A stretch of 64,000 nt of DNA from contig OZ220734.1 in assembly GCA_965116945.1 (NCBI GenBank), positions 598,610-662,609 on the forward strand. The letters run 5' to 3'. Both the position numbers and the translations under genes were made by a program. The notes beneath the pieces were generated by a model. It was not told the DNA's origin. It ran no database searches and saw nothing but the letters and a program-made list of their open reading frames with translations. Positions 1 through 6,989 of this stretch are shown here, one piece after another; position 1 is the first letter of the stretch, and each line of letters opens with the position of its first letter. This DNA comes from Dehalococcoidia bacterium (GTDB lineage: Bacteria > Chloroflexota > Dehalococcoidia > Plut-88900).

Positions 1-82
1 AGACGCAGCTACCAACCTGCTGCCGGAGTTTGCGATAGGGTCCGCGGGGCTGGAGGCTGCTTTCGGGGCAGCATATTTTGGG

Positions 83-1123
83 GTGTCGATAATTGCGGGA
101 TTCCTGGTGTACTTCATCGTGTCCAGGATTATCAGAACGGCGGCGGGTAAGACGCGCACCTCCCTGGACGACCTGGTAGTCAATGCGCTGAGCAGGCCAA
201 TCTTTGCGTTCGTCGTCCTGTTCGGGATGTACGCAGGGCTCACGGCCTCGACGTTCCTCGACACCCACCAGGAGCAGGTAGACAGGGGCCTCCTGTCGGC
301 GGTCATCCTGGTTGCGGGATACCTGGTCAGCAGATTGCTACACGCATTGATCTCCTGGTACGGGAGTGAGATTGCAAGCAGGACAGAGACGACATGGGAC
401 GACAGGGTACTACCACTGATCGAGCGGGTGGCCAACGCAGTCATATTCGGGCTTGTGGTGATGCTGGTGCTGCAAGCCCAAGGGCTGAATATCAGCCCCT
501 TGCTTGCAGGTCTGGGCATCGGGGGTCTGGCCGTGGCCCTGGCGGTGCAGCCAACTCTCGCCAATTTCGTAGCGGGAACGTACACGGTGACGGAGAGCGG
601 GATATCTGTGGGCGACTTTATCGAAATAGATGGCGGCGCCTCCGGGTGGGTGGAGCAGGTAGGATGGCGCACTACGAAAATTCGCACTTTCTGGAACAAC
701 CGGGTGGTAATTCCGAACGGGAAGCTTTCGGAGTCGATAGTGACGAATTACCAAGGGCCAGACCCTTCGGTGTATGCCCTGGTGTCGGCGGGCGTGAGCT
801 ACGAGAGCGACCTGCAGCACGTGAATGACGTGGCCCTGGAAGTGACCAACGAGGTTCTGAGCAGGACGGACAGGGCGGACATGAGCTATACGCCAGCGGT
901 GAGGTTCAGTAACTTCGGGGACTCCAACATCGACTTCAACATCATCTTCAAGGTGAAGGGGTTCGTGGACCAGTACGCTATCAAGGACCAGATAATCCGG
1001 GGAGTCCACAAGCGGTTCGGGGAGGAGGGGATAGAGATCAACTACCCGGTGCGGAAGCTGGTCTATCCTCACGAGGTGTCGGGTGGGGAGGGAAACGGGA
1101 GTGCGCCGATAAACGGGGCTTAG
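83..1123 (+). CDS. Small-conductance mechanosensitive channel (MscS family); the reading frame stays open to the window start, so the gene may begin upstream
   Basis: 346-aa ORF with N-terminal TM helices plus a conserved MscS beta/alpha-beta core (...GLNISPLLAGLGIGGLAVALAVQPTLANFVAG...GDFIEIDG..G.VE.VG.R.T.IRT..N...IPNG). No in-frame stop between position 2 and 83. Confidence 0.8.
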   Translation: MSIIAGFLVYFIVSRIIRTAAGKTRTSLDDLVVNALSRPIFAFVVLFGMYAGLTASTFLDTHQEQVDRGLLSAVILVAGYLVSRLLHALISWYGSEIASRTETTWDDRVLPLIERVANAVIFGLVVMLVLQAQGLNISPLLAGLGIGGLAVALAVQPTLANFVAGTYTVTESGISVGDFIEIDGGASGWVEQVGWRTTKIRTFWNNRVVIPNGKLSESIVTNYQGPDPSVYALVSAGVSYESDLQHVNDVALEVTNEVLSRTDRADMSYTPAVRFSNFGDSNIDFNIIFKVKGFVDQYAIKDQIIRGVHKRFGEEGIEINYPVRKLVYPHEVSGGEGNGSAPINGA

Positions 1124-1175
1124 GGGGAGAGGTCTCCGAATTCCTGCAGGATATTGGTTTGTGGGGGGTGAGGTT

Positions 1176-1239
1176 TTGATTGAACGTTGATTGAACATTG
1201 ATTGAAGTTTGATTGAACTCGTAGCTGTTTTGATTGAAC
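1176..1239. repeat. Five direct copies of TTGATTGAA(C/G) at 11-bp phasing (1176, 1187, 1198, 1209, then 1230)
   Basis: Read directly from the sequence. One helical turn per repeat; AT-rich inside GC-rich DNA, just downstream of the mscS-like stop. Confidence 0.85.
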
Positions 1240-1283
1240 GAAGTCTAGAGGGATTTCCGGGGGGGTTGCGTGGCGCGTGGGGC

Positions 1284-1480
1284 GGGAAGGAAACCCTCAC
1301 CCCCTTTATCCCCCTCTCCCCCGTATCGGGGTACGGGGCAGGCTCTTAGGGCCTTTAAGGGAGAGGGGGAGGAAAAAACAGAGGCATACGCCCGCACCCG
1401 GGTGCGGGCGTATGCTTCTAGTTTGATACTGGTGGGAGGGGAAGGATAGATTCCGAACCGGGGGCTGGAATGATGCTGTG
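1284..1480. repeat. Composite intergenic repeat (modules A + D-hairpin + C-like)
   Basis: GAAACCCTCACCCCCTTTATCCCCCTCTCCCC...GGGAGAGGGGGAG, then hairpin ACAGAGGCATACGCCCGCACCCGGGTGCGGGCGTATGCTTCTAG (1378-1421), then a G-rich C-like tail. Related copies occur at many other loci. Confidence 0.8.
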
Positions 1481-1491
1481 GAGGGTTGCAT

Positions 1492-1640
1492 ATCCGGCTT
1501 AAGAAGGGAAACCCTCACCCCTTTGGTCCCCCTCTCTCCCTCGAGGGACTCGGGGCAGGCTCTTCGACTTCGCTCAGGGCAAGCGGAACCCCAACCCCGT
1601 GGGGTGGATGCCCGGCCGGAGTCGGGAATGACGGACAAGG
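1492..1640. repeat. Composite intergenic repeat (modules A + B + C)
   Basis: GAAACCCTCACCCCTTTGGTCCCCCTCTC...CTTCGACTTCGCTCAGGGCAAGCGGAACC...CCGGCCGGAGTCGGGAATGACGG. Confidence 0.8.
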
Positions 1641-2454
1641 AAGGGTGGCGGTGGAAGATACCGGACGGTTTGCGCAGATAGTCGGCGACGCCTGTACCGA
1701 TGCGGGGTGTCCGCTCCATGGGACGGTCCACACCAGCATCGACCCTGCGACAGCCCCATACTTCCGAGAGGATGTGGACGAGACACGAGATATTCTCGCT
1801 CTGGGGCAGTCCCGTCCACCGGAAGTGCTCTACCACCCCAGGGGATGGGAGCGGGGACCCGTGACCGCCGTTCGTAGACCGGAGCTCTCCGATGGTGACA
1901 ACGGTGGAATCCTTATATGGTCTGTTTGTTTTGAGTCGGGCAACCTCCGACTGCTCGGACCGACCGGCAAGGTCTACGCCGGGGGAGTCCGAGGAGGGCG
2001 CTATGGCCCAGGTGAGCATCTTTACACCGTGCTCCAGAGCGTCGCCTGACGGGGCGATACCGTTGCGCCACGTCAGTGGGGCGCTCACTCGGCTGTGGCC
2101 CTTGTAGGGGGCATGCCGTGATTTGTCCGGGAACCTTCCTTGCATGGGGCGGGACGGTGATAGATCGCTGCGAAGGTTTAGGCGTTGGGCCTTTGGGCAG
2201 CGCTTGATGTGGGTGTTGGGTAGGGAAGGACTGGGGAGGAGGCGCGTGTCGGGGGCCGGGCGGTGGGATACCGCTCGGCTGAGACGGGGCTTATGTAGGC
2301 CGGTGCGACTCATGGGACTCCTTTAGTTCCGCCAAGGGGCGGATGTTCCACCTTTCCTGTGATGGGCGCCGAGGTAGGAGGTCGGATGCCTGGGGTGGAA
2401 TATAGTACAGGTGTTCAGGTAGGGTCAAGGGGCGAATGTCCCACTTTTGGGGGG

Positions 2455-2510
2455 AGGGAACCCTCACCCCCGGGGATGGATTCCCGATCGGGGTCGCGAA
2501 TGACGGGGGG
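2455..2510. repeat. Short repeat copy (module A core + module C) at the left edge of low-GC island 1
   Basis: GGGAGGGAACCCTCACCCCCGGGGATGGATTCCCGATCGGGGTCGCGAATGACGGGGGG. Confidence 0.75.
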
Positions 2511-2585
2511 TAGAGGTAGATTTACAGAGGGGGTAAAAGGTCAGTTCATAGACTATTGCGAGTGTCAATTTCACGGGGTTATGGC

Positions 2586-3164
2586 TTATCGCTGCCAGCC
2601 TCTTGAACAATCACCGCTACGGTTTTCTGCGAATAGATCTAGGCTATCATCCGGCCAAGGAGTTTTATCCTTCCTTTGGAATGCCCTGCGAACTTTGGGC
2701 ATTACTCTCCTGGCGACTCTTCTCCGAGGCCACTTATAGATGGCTGAGAAAGAGTCATTGCCGTCAATATTGAGTGCCAGCCGCTGTGGAATCAGGTGAG
2801 GGTTGCGGTCTTCCGGGTCCTTCCGGTAATCAGGGTGATGCGGCAATAGGAGACCAACAACCCCACACCTCTTATTTCTTGGTCGGTCGATGATACTGGC
2901 GGAAATTTCCCAATCGACGTGTTTTCTCTGCCAAGTGCATGGACCAATCAGGACGATGGTTACTACAGCGTCGGCAATGTGGTCATCTCGAATCCTGCGA
3001 CGTATTTCGTCCAGAGGGAGGTTTTCATCGTGGATATCCCCAGGGCTGACAGACTTGTCTATAGCTTTACTGTTCAGTGCCTGCACTAGGCGGTTCTTGT
3101 ACTCCTGGTCGCCCTCGTGGTAGTAACTGATGAATACTTTATATTTGGTTACCTTAGGAGCCAT
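2586..3164 (-). CDS. TIR-domain protein (ThsB-like / DUF1863 TIR_2 family), second TIR gene of the cassette
   Basis: From the internal Met: MAPKVTKYKVFISYYHEGDQEYKNRLVQALN...AVVTIVLIGPCTWQRKHVDWEISASI. This matches the bacterial TIR signature (KVFISY.H.D ... VLIG..T..R.WV.WEI with the conserved Glu). AGGAG lies 9 nt upstream of this ATG; the longer ORF start (3239) would overlap the upstream gene by 60 nt. Confidence 0.75.
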   Translation of the reverse strand: MAPKVTKYKVFISYYHEGDQEYKNRLVQALNSKAIDKSVSPGDIHDENLPLDEIRRRIRDDHIADAVVTIVLIGPCTWQRKHVDWEISASIIDRPRNKRCGVVGLLLPHHPDYRKDPEDRNPHLIPQRLALNIDGNDSFSAIYKWPRRRVARRVMPKVRRAFQRKDKTPWPDDSLDLFAENRSGDCSRGWQR

Positions 3165-3178
3165 AGCTTTTGCTCCTA

Positions 3179-3619
3179 CTACAAAACCCAACCCCAGGAC
3201 ACCAGCACCGTCGAAGTTACTAAAACATAGAATGGCCATATAGATATCGAACCCAAAAGACAGCGCACAACCAAAGGAGACCCCATGCCAACTGGAATTA
3301 CTTTATAAAGGTCGGTACGCTCCAAGTTGCCTTCGTGCAACTTGGATACAAAGTTGTTCTGCGATTTGATGAACGCCCTTTCAAGCGCCAAGTAATAAGA
3401 ATCTAGGAACATGAACAACAATGTTGGCGCCAAGGCTATCAGCACATGCCTAGGCTCTCCCGTCCGCGCCACCAGCACCAGAATGGCTGCGACAAGGGTG
3501 ACGCACCACACCTTGCAATAGCGGCTGTTCTCCGCCATTCGGGTGATTACGCCCTGCATTATCTTAAGGTGCTTTTGGACAGCGGGGGAATCGTGGTCTA
3601 TTTTCGGGTTTCCTGCCAC
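3179..3619 (-). CDS. Small (146 aa) predicted 3-TM membrane protein; candidate effector of the TIR cassette
   Basis: Hydrophobic segments CKVWCVTLVAAILVLVA, HVLIALAPTLLFMFLDSYYLAL and a C-terminal SISIWPFYVLVTSTVLVSWGWVL. Tightly packed between two TIR genes (12-15 bp gaps) on the same strand. No recognisable SLOG, Macro or SIR2 domain. Confidence 0.6.
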   Translation of the reverse strand: MAGNPKIDHDSPAVQKHLKIMQGVITRMAENSRYCKVWCVTLVAAILVLVARTGEPRHVLIALAPTLLFMFLDSYYLALERAFIKSQNNFVSKLHEGNLERTDLYKVIPVGMGSPLVVRCLLGSISIWPFYVLVTSTVLVSWGWVL

Positions 3620-3630
3620 GTTTATGCTTC

Positions 3631-4125
3631 TCAGTGTTTCTTCCGAATCGAGATTGCCTCTTCAACCCAATCTGCAAGATTGTCTCGTATGTGGGAGTAA
3701 AGGTTCTTGCTGTTTGTATACCCACTGCCAAAAGTCTTCACGATGTTTGATAAGTTCCTTTGACCAACAGTGAAATTTTCAAACGGATTTCGTCCTTTCA
3801 GGGCGGTTCTACCATTCGCATTCTTCAGCATATGGATGTAGATGCCTAGTAGCCCCTTCTCGTCGTTCCAGGTTTTTTTTATTTCATATTTGATCCACTT
3901 GCGTTCGGCTGTCTTGCTCCCTATTAGGACGATAACGCAGGATTTCCCAAACATTTGTCTGTCAATCCATTTCTGGATTGCGGCATCGCCGCCTCGCGCT
4001 ATAGTCTCCCACTCGTTATCCGAAACGGGACCATCTTCCTCAACGACGCCCATGTTCCTAATCGTAGCTGCACGCCAAGCGTCACGGGTGTAGTGAAAGC
4101 TGAAGAATGTTCTCCTCTTGACCAT
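3631..4125 (-). CDS. thsB: Thoeris ThsB-like TIR-domain protein
   Basis: MVKRRTFFSFHYTRDAWRAATIRNMGVV...CVIVLIGSKTAERKWIKYEIKKTWNDEKGLLGIYIHMLKNANGRTALKGRNPFENF follows, almost motif for motif, the Bacillus cereus ThsB pattern as I recall it (VFFSFHY..D..R..VRN ... CVLIGS.T..R.WV.YEI ... GI.I ... KG.NPF). GAGAGGA lies 7 nt upstream of the ATG. Confidence 0.8.
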   Translation of the reverse strand: MVKRRTFFSFHYTRDAWRAATIRNMGVVEEDGPVSDNEWETIARGGDAAIQKWIDRQMFGKSCVIVLIGSKTAERKWIKYEIKKTWNDEKGLLGIYIHMLKNANGRTALKGRNPFENFTVGQRNLSNIVKTFGSGYTNSKNLYSHIRDNLADWVEEAISIRKKH

Positions 4126-4339
4126 TGGTTGTCCTCTCGATGCAATACTCCCAAAATATTGCTCTGCCCATGTTCCTACAATTTCTCGCTACACTCCTCT
4201 AGTTGCACGTTCTAGGAGGAATATGTCAGTTAATATCTCCTCCATGGGCTGGATGGGTTGGGGTTTGTTGAAATGGAAGGTGGCAATTGATTTCAGAGTT
4301 TATTTTACGCTGCTAGGCAAATCTGCTGGGTTGTGGAGC

Positions 4340-4368
4340 GGATTCCCGAGTAGTCGGGAATGACGGAG
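4340..4368. repeat. Module C repeat copy (GGATTCCCGAGTAGTCGGGAATGACGG) at the right edge of island 1
   Basis: Direct-orientation match to the module C copy at 2478-2510; contains the short inverted repeat TTCCCGA/TCGGGAA. Confidence 0.75.
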
Positions 4369-4450
4369 GGGAAGGGTTGGATGTCGGTTCTGTTTCGATT
4401 CGCTATGCTAAACTCAATTTCCAACCCCACTCGACATCAGGAGGAGAGAT

Positions 4451-4972
4451 ATGGACGCCAGTGAGCTGGTAACGAAGCTGCTGAAGGGAAACCGGAGTAT
4501 GGTCAGGAAGGCTTTTGACGGGCTTTCGGATGAGGAGGTTTCGATGAGGCCGAGTGGGGATTGCAATTCCATGGCGTGGCTGCTGTGGCACCTGTGTCGG
4601 GTGGAGGATGGATTTATATCGGCGCTGGAGGGGTCGGAGGAACTCTGGAACCAGGGGTGGTCGGAGAAGTGTGGGATATCCGAGGAGACGGAGGGGATGG
4701 GTTACGGACACAAAGCGGGAGACCTGGAGACATTCAGCGTGGGGTCGATTGATGCGCTGAAGGAGTATTTCGGGGAGACGGAGAGGAGGGTGGCCGGGTA
4801 CCTGGCGTCGTTGAGCCCCGAGGACCTAGACAGGGAGGTGCCGGCGATGGTGGGCGAGGGTATGGTGCCATTGGCTGCGCATTTACAGATTCTGGTGAAT
4901 GAGGCGTTGGTGCATGGGGGGCAGATTGCTTACTTGAGGGGGATGCACAAGGGGATGGGGTGGTATTTCTAG
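4451..4972 (+). CDS. DinB/YfiT-like (DUF664) four-helix-bundle metal-dependent protein
   Basis: 173-aa protein with a DinB_2-like pattern (WLLWHL.R.ED...H.GQI.YLRG). GGAGGAG RBS upstream. Confidence 0.55.
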   Translation: MDASELVTKLLKGNRSMVRKAFDGLSDEEVSMRPSGDCNSMAWLLWHLCRVEDGFISALEGSEELWNQGWSEKCGISEETEGMGYGHKAGDLETFSVGSIDALKEYFGETERRVAGYLASLSPEDLDREVPAMVGEGMVPLAAHLQILVNEALVHGGQIAYLRGMHKGMGWYF

Positions 4973-4984
4973 AGCGTGAGGGGT

Positions 4985-5195
4985 GGGAAGGGAACCCTCA
5001 CCCCCTTTATCCCCCTCTCACGCCACAGGCGCACGCCTAGGCGCATCTTCGACCCTTAGGGCCTTTAAGGGAGAGGGGGAGAGAAGAACAGAGGCAGAGG
5101 TTGGCGCATCTGCGCCAACCTCTGCCTCTAGTTCAGTACTGGGGAGATGGGAGGGATGGATTCCCGATCGGAGTCGGGAATGACGGATGAAGAGG
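4985..5195. repeat. Composite intergenic repeat (modules A + D-hairpin + C)
   Basis: GGGAACCCTCACCCCCTTTATCCCCCTCTC...GGGAGAGGGGGAG...AGAGGCAGAGGTTGGCGCATCTGCGCCAACCTCTGCCTCT (perfect 19-bp stem)...GGATTCCCGATCGGAGTCGGGAATGACGG. Confidence 0.8.
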
Positions 5196-5205
5196 AGGGA
5201 GAAGG

Positions 5206-6207
5206 CTAGGTGAGGGTCAGGGCGGCGGCGCCGTTGATATGGCCTTGTTTCAGGTCTATGAGGGCTTCGTTGGCGGATTCGAGGGGGTAGGGGTGGACGT
5301 GGGTGCGGACTGGGATTTCGGCGGCGAGGGAGAGGAGTTCTTCGACGTCCTGTCGGGTGCTGTTGGCGGCGCTGCGTATGACTTTCTCGTCGTAGAGGTG
5401 TCGGGTGTAGTCGAGGGTGGGGATGGGGGTCATGTAGATGCCCGCTAGGGAGAGGAGACCACCCTTCTCCAAGTGTTCAAGGGCCAGGGGGACCAGCTCG
5501 CCGGCTGGGGCGAAGATGATGGAGGAGTCGAGCTTGTTGGGCGGGCCCTTTTGTGCGGTTCCGACCCAAACTGCACCCAGGTCTCGGGCGAGGGAGGCGT
5601 GCTGTTCGCTTCTGGAGAATACGTAGACTTCGAGCCCCTGGTGCACGGCTAGCTGGATGACTATGTGGGCCGATCCGCCGAACCCGTACAAGCCCAGCCT
5701 GCCACCGGGTGGTACGTCGGCAAGACGGAGGGCGCGGTAGCCGATTACGCCGGCGCAGAGGAGGGGCACGGCCTGGAGGTCTGGGAAGGCGTCGGGAACA
5801 GGGAAGGTGAAGGACTGGTCGCTGAGGAGGTAGTCGGCATAGCCGCCGTCGACGGTGTAGCCGTTGAAGAGGGCGGCTTCGCAGAGGTTTTCACGGCCTC
5901 GGAGACAGAACGAGCAACGGCCGCAGGTGCTGTGGACCCAGGGAATACCGACACGGGTGCCGACCTCCAGGCCGTTCACGCCTTCGCCCAGCTCTTGAAC
6001 GGTCCCAACTACCTGGTGGCCGGGGGTCAGTGGGGACTTCCTGGGCGGGAGCTCTCCCTCGATAACGTGGAGGTCGGTGCGGCAGACACCGCAGACAGAA
6101 ACCCGAACGAGGACCTGACCCGGGCCCGGGGAGGGGATGGGGACATCGTTGAGTTCGAGCGGTCGGCGCTCCACTGGTGTGGGAGCGCTGAAGGACATGG
6201 CTCTCAT
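5206..6207 (-). CDS. Zinc-dependent alcohol dehydrogenase (MDR superfamily)
   Basis: CGVCRTDLH, GHQVVGTV and C.RC.FC structural-Zn motifs plus a GLYGFGGSAH Rossmann motif. Start moved to the internal MRAMSF to remove a P/S/T-rich N-terminal extension. Confidence 0.8.
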   Translation of the reverse strand: MRAMSFSAPTPVERRPLELNDVPIPSPGPGQVLVRVSVCGVCRTDLHVIEGELPPRKSPLTPGHQVVGTVQELGEGVNGLEVGTRVGIPWVHSTCGRCSFCLRGRENLCEAALFNGYTVDGGYADYLLSDQSFTFPVPDAFPDLQAVPLLCAGVIGYRALRLADVPPGGRLGLYGFGGSAHIVIQLAVHQGLEVYVFSRSEQHASLARDLGAVWVGTAQKGPPNKLDSSIIFAPAGELVPLALEHLEKGGLLSLAGIYMTPIPTLDYTRHLYDEKVIRSAANSTRQDVEELLSLAAEIPVRTHVHPYPLESANEALIDLKQGHINGAAALTLT

Positions 6208-6223
6208 GGATCGGGTGAGGGGC

Positions 6224-6835
6224 CTAGTCGTAGACCTCGAGTTGCAGGTCGGAGGGGTTGTAACCGTTGCAAGCGTTGAGGTCCTGGGGACAGGCTGAAC
6301 CTGCGACAATGAGGTCGTCCAGGGCAAGGAGGACGACGTAATCACCGGCACGGGAGACGGGCTCTTTTACGGAGAGGTTGCCCTCATCGTCGGGGCCGCT
6401 GTTCTGGAAGATATTGAAGACCTCGGGGGTCACGGGCGGGTGGATGTCGAGGGTGGCGAGGGCTTCAAGGACGTTCTCCTTGCAGCTTCGGTGCTCGGTG
6501 ACTTCGTAGTCGATGAGATATCGCTGGGGGTCGCAGGGGGCGTAGAGCATGTCGTGGATGCCGATGGTGGTGTCCTCAACGAAGGCCATGATGGCGTGGC
6601 GGTGGTTGTCGTAGAGGGTGTCGCCGACGCGGGGGCGAACTCGGGCGATAGTGCTCCGGGTATACACTCCCGAGAGGTAGACGGAAGTGTCCGACGCTCG
6701 AAGGGCGAAGAAATCGCAGACCTGTTTTCCTTCAACGTCTGTGACCTTGACCTTCTGACCGCCACGCACGATTACGGCGCGACCGTGTCGGGCGGGAATG
6801 GTGACGGACTCGACCAATTTTCCTAGCTCTGCCAT
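6224..6835 (-). CDS. DUF1989 family protein (urea-carboxylase-associated-like)
   Basis: About 200-aa protein resembling the DUF1989 fold; the internal Met (MAELGK) has AAAGGGGG upstream. Assignment from recalled family features. Confidence 0.5.
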   Translation of the reverse strand: MAELGKLVESVTIPARHGRAVIVRGGQKVKVTDVEGKQVCDFFALRASDTSVYLSGVYTRSTIARVRPRVGDTLYDNHRHAIMAFVEDTTIGIHDMLYAPCDPQRYLIDYEVTEHRSCKENVLEALATLDIHPPVTPEVFNIFQNSGPDDEGNLSVKEPVSRAGDYVVLLALDDLIVAGSACPQDLNACNGYNPSDLQLEVYD

Positions 6836-6989
6836 GAGTGCCCCCTTTGGTTGAACCTGGAAGTTCTTCACGCGTCCGGGTTCGGGTATAGGGTAGTATA
6901 TTCCCTCCACGGATGAAATTACGAGATGCGTGGACTAGAATTGGCGTAACCGGGCTCTTGCCAAGGCGCCAGTTTCAGGAGGGACAATA

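Noticed and set aside
1176-1239. The TTGATTGAAC repeat array considered as a CRISPR array.
   Set aside because: The repeat unit is only about 10 bp with 1-11 bp spacers, so it is an 11-bp phased direct-repeat array, not a CRISPR.
1306-2313. The 335-aa minus-strand ORF and the overlapping plus-strand ORFs (1486-2049 and others) in the repeat-rich stretch.
   Set aside because: The translations are low-complexity (R/P/S/G-rich), span repeat modules and mutually overlap in antisense. This is typical high-GC spurious ORFs.
2100-2350. Looked for a tRNA or tmRNA attachment site flanking the two low-GC islands (also 33080-33280 and 38158-38218).
   Set aside because: No cloverleaf-compatible sequence with GTTCGAATC-type T-arm motifs was seen. 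The islands appear bounded by repeat modules instead.
3164-3239. The longer start of the second TIR ORF (MAILCFSNFDGAGVLGLGFVVGAKA...).
   Set aside because: It would overlap the upstream membrane-protein gene by 60 nt. The internal ATG at 3164 has AGGAG at -9, and the TIR domain begins right after it.
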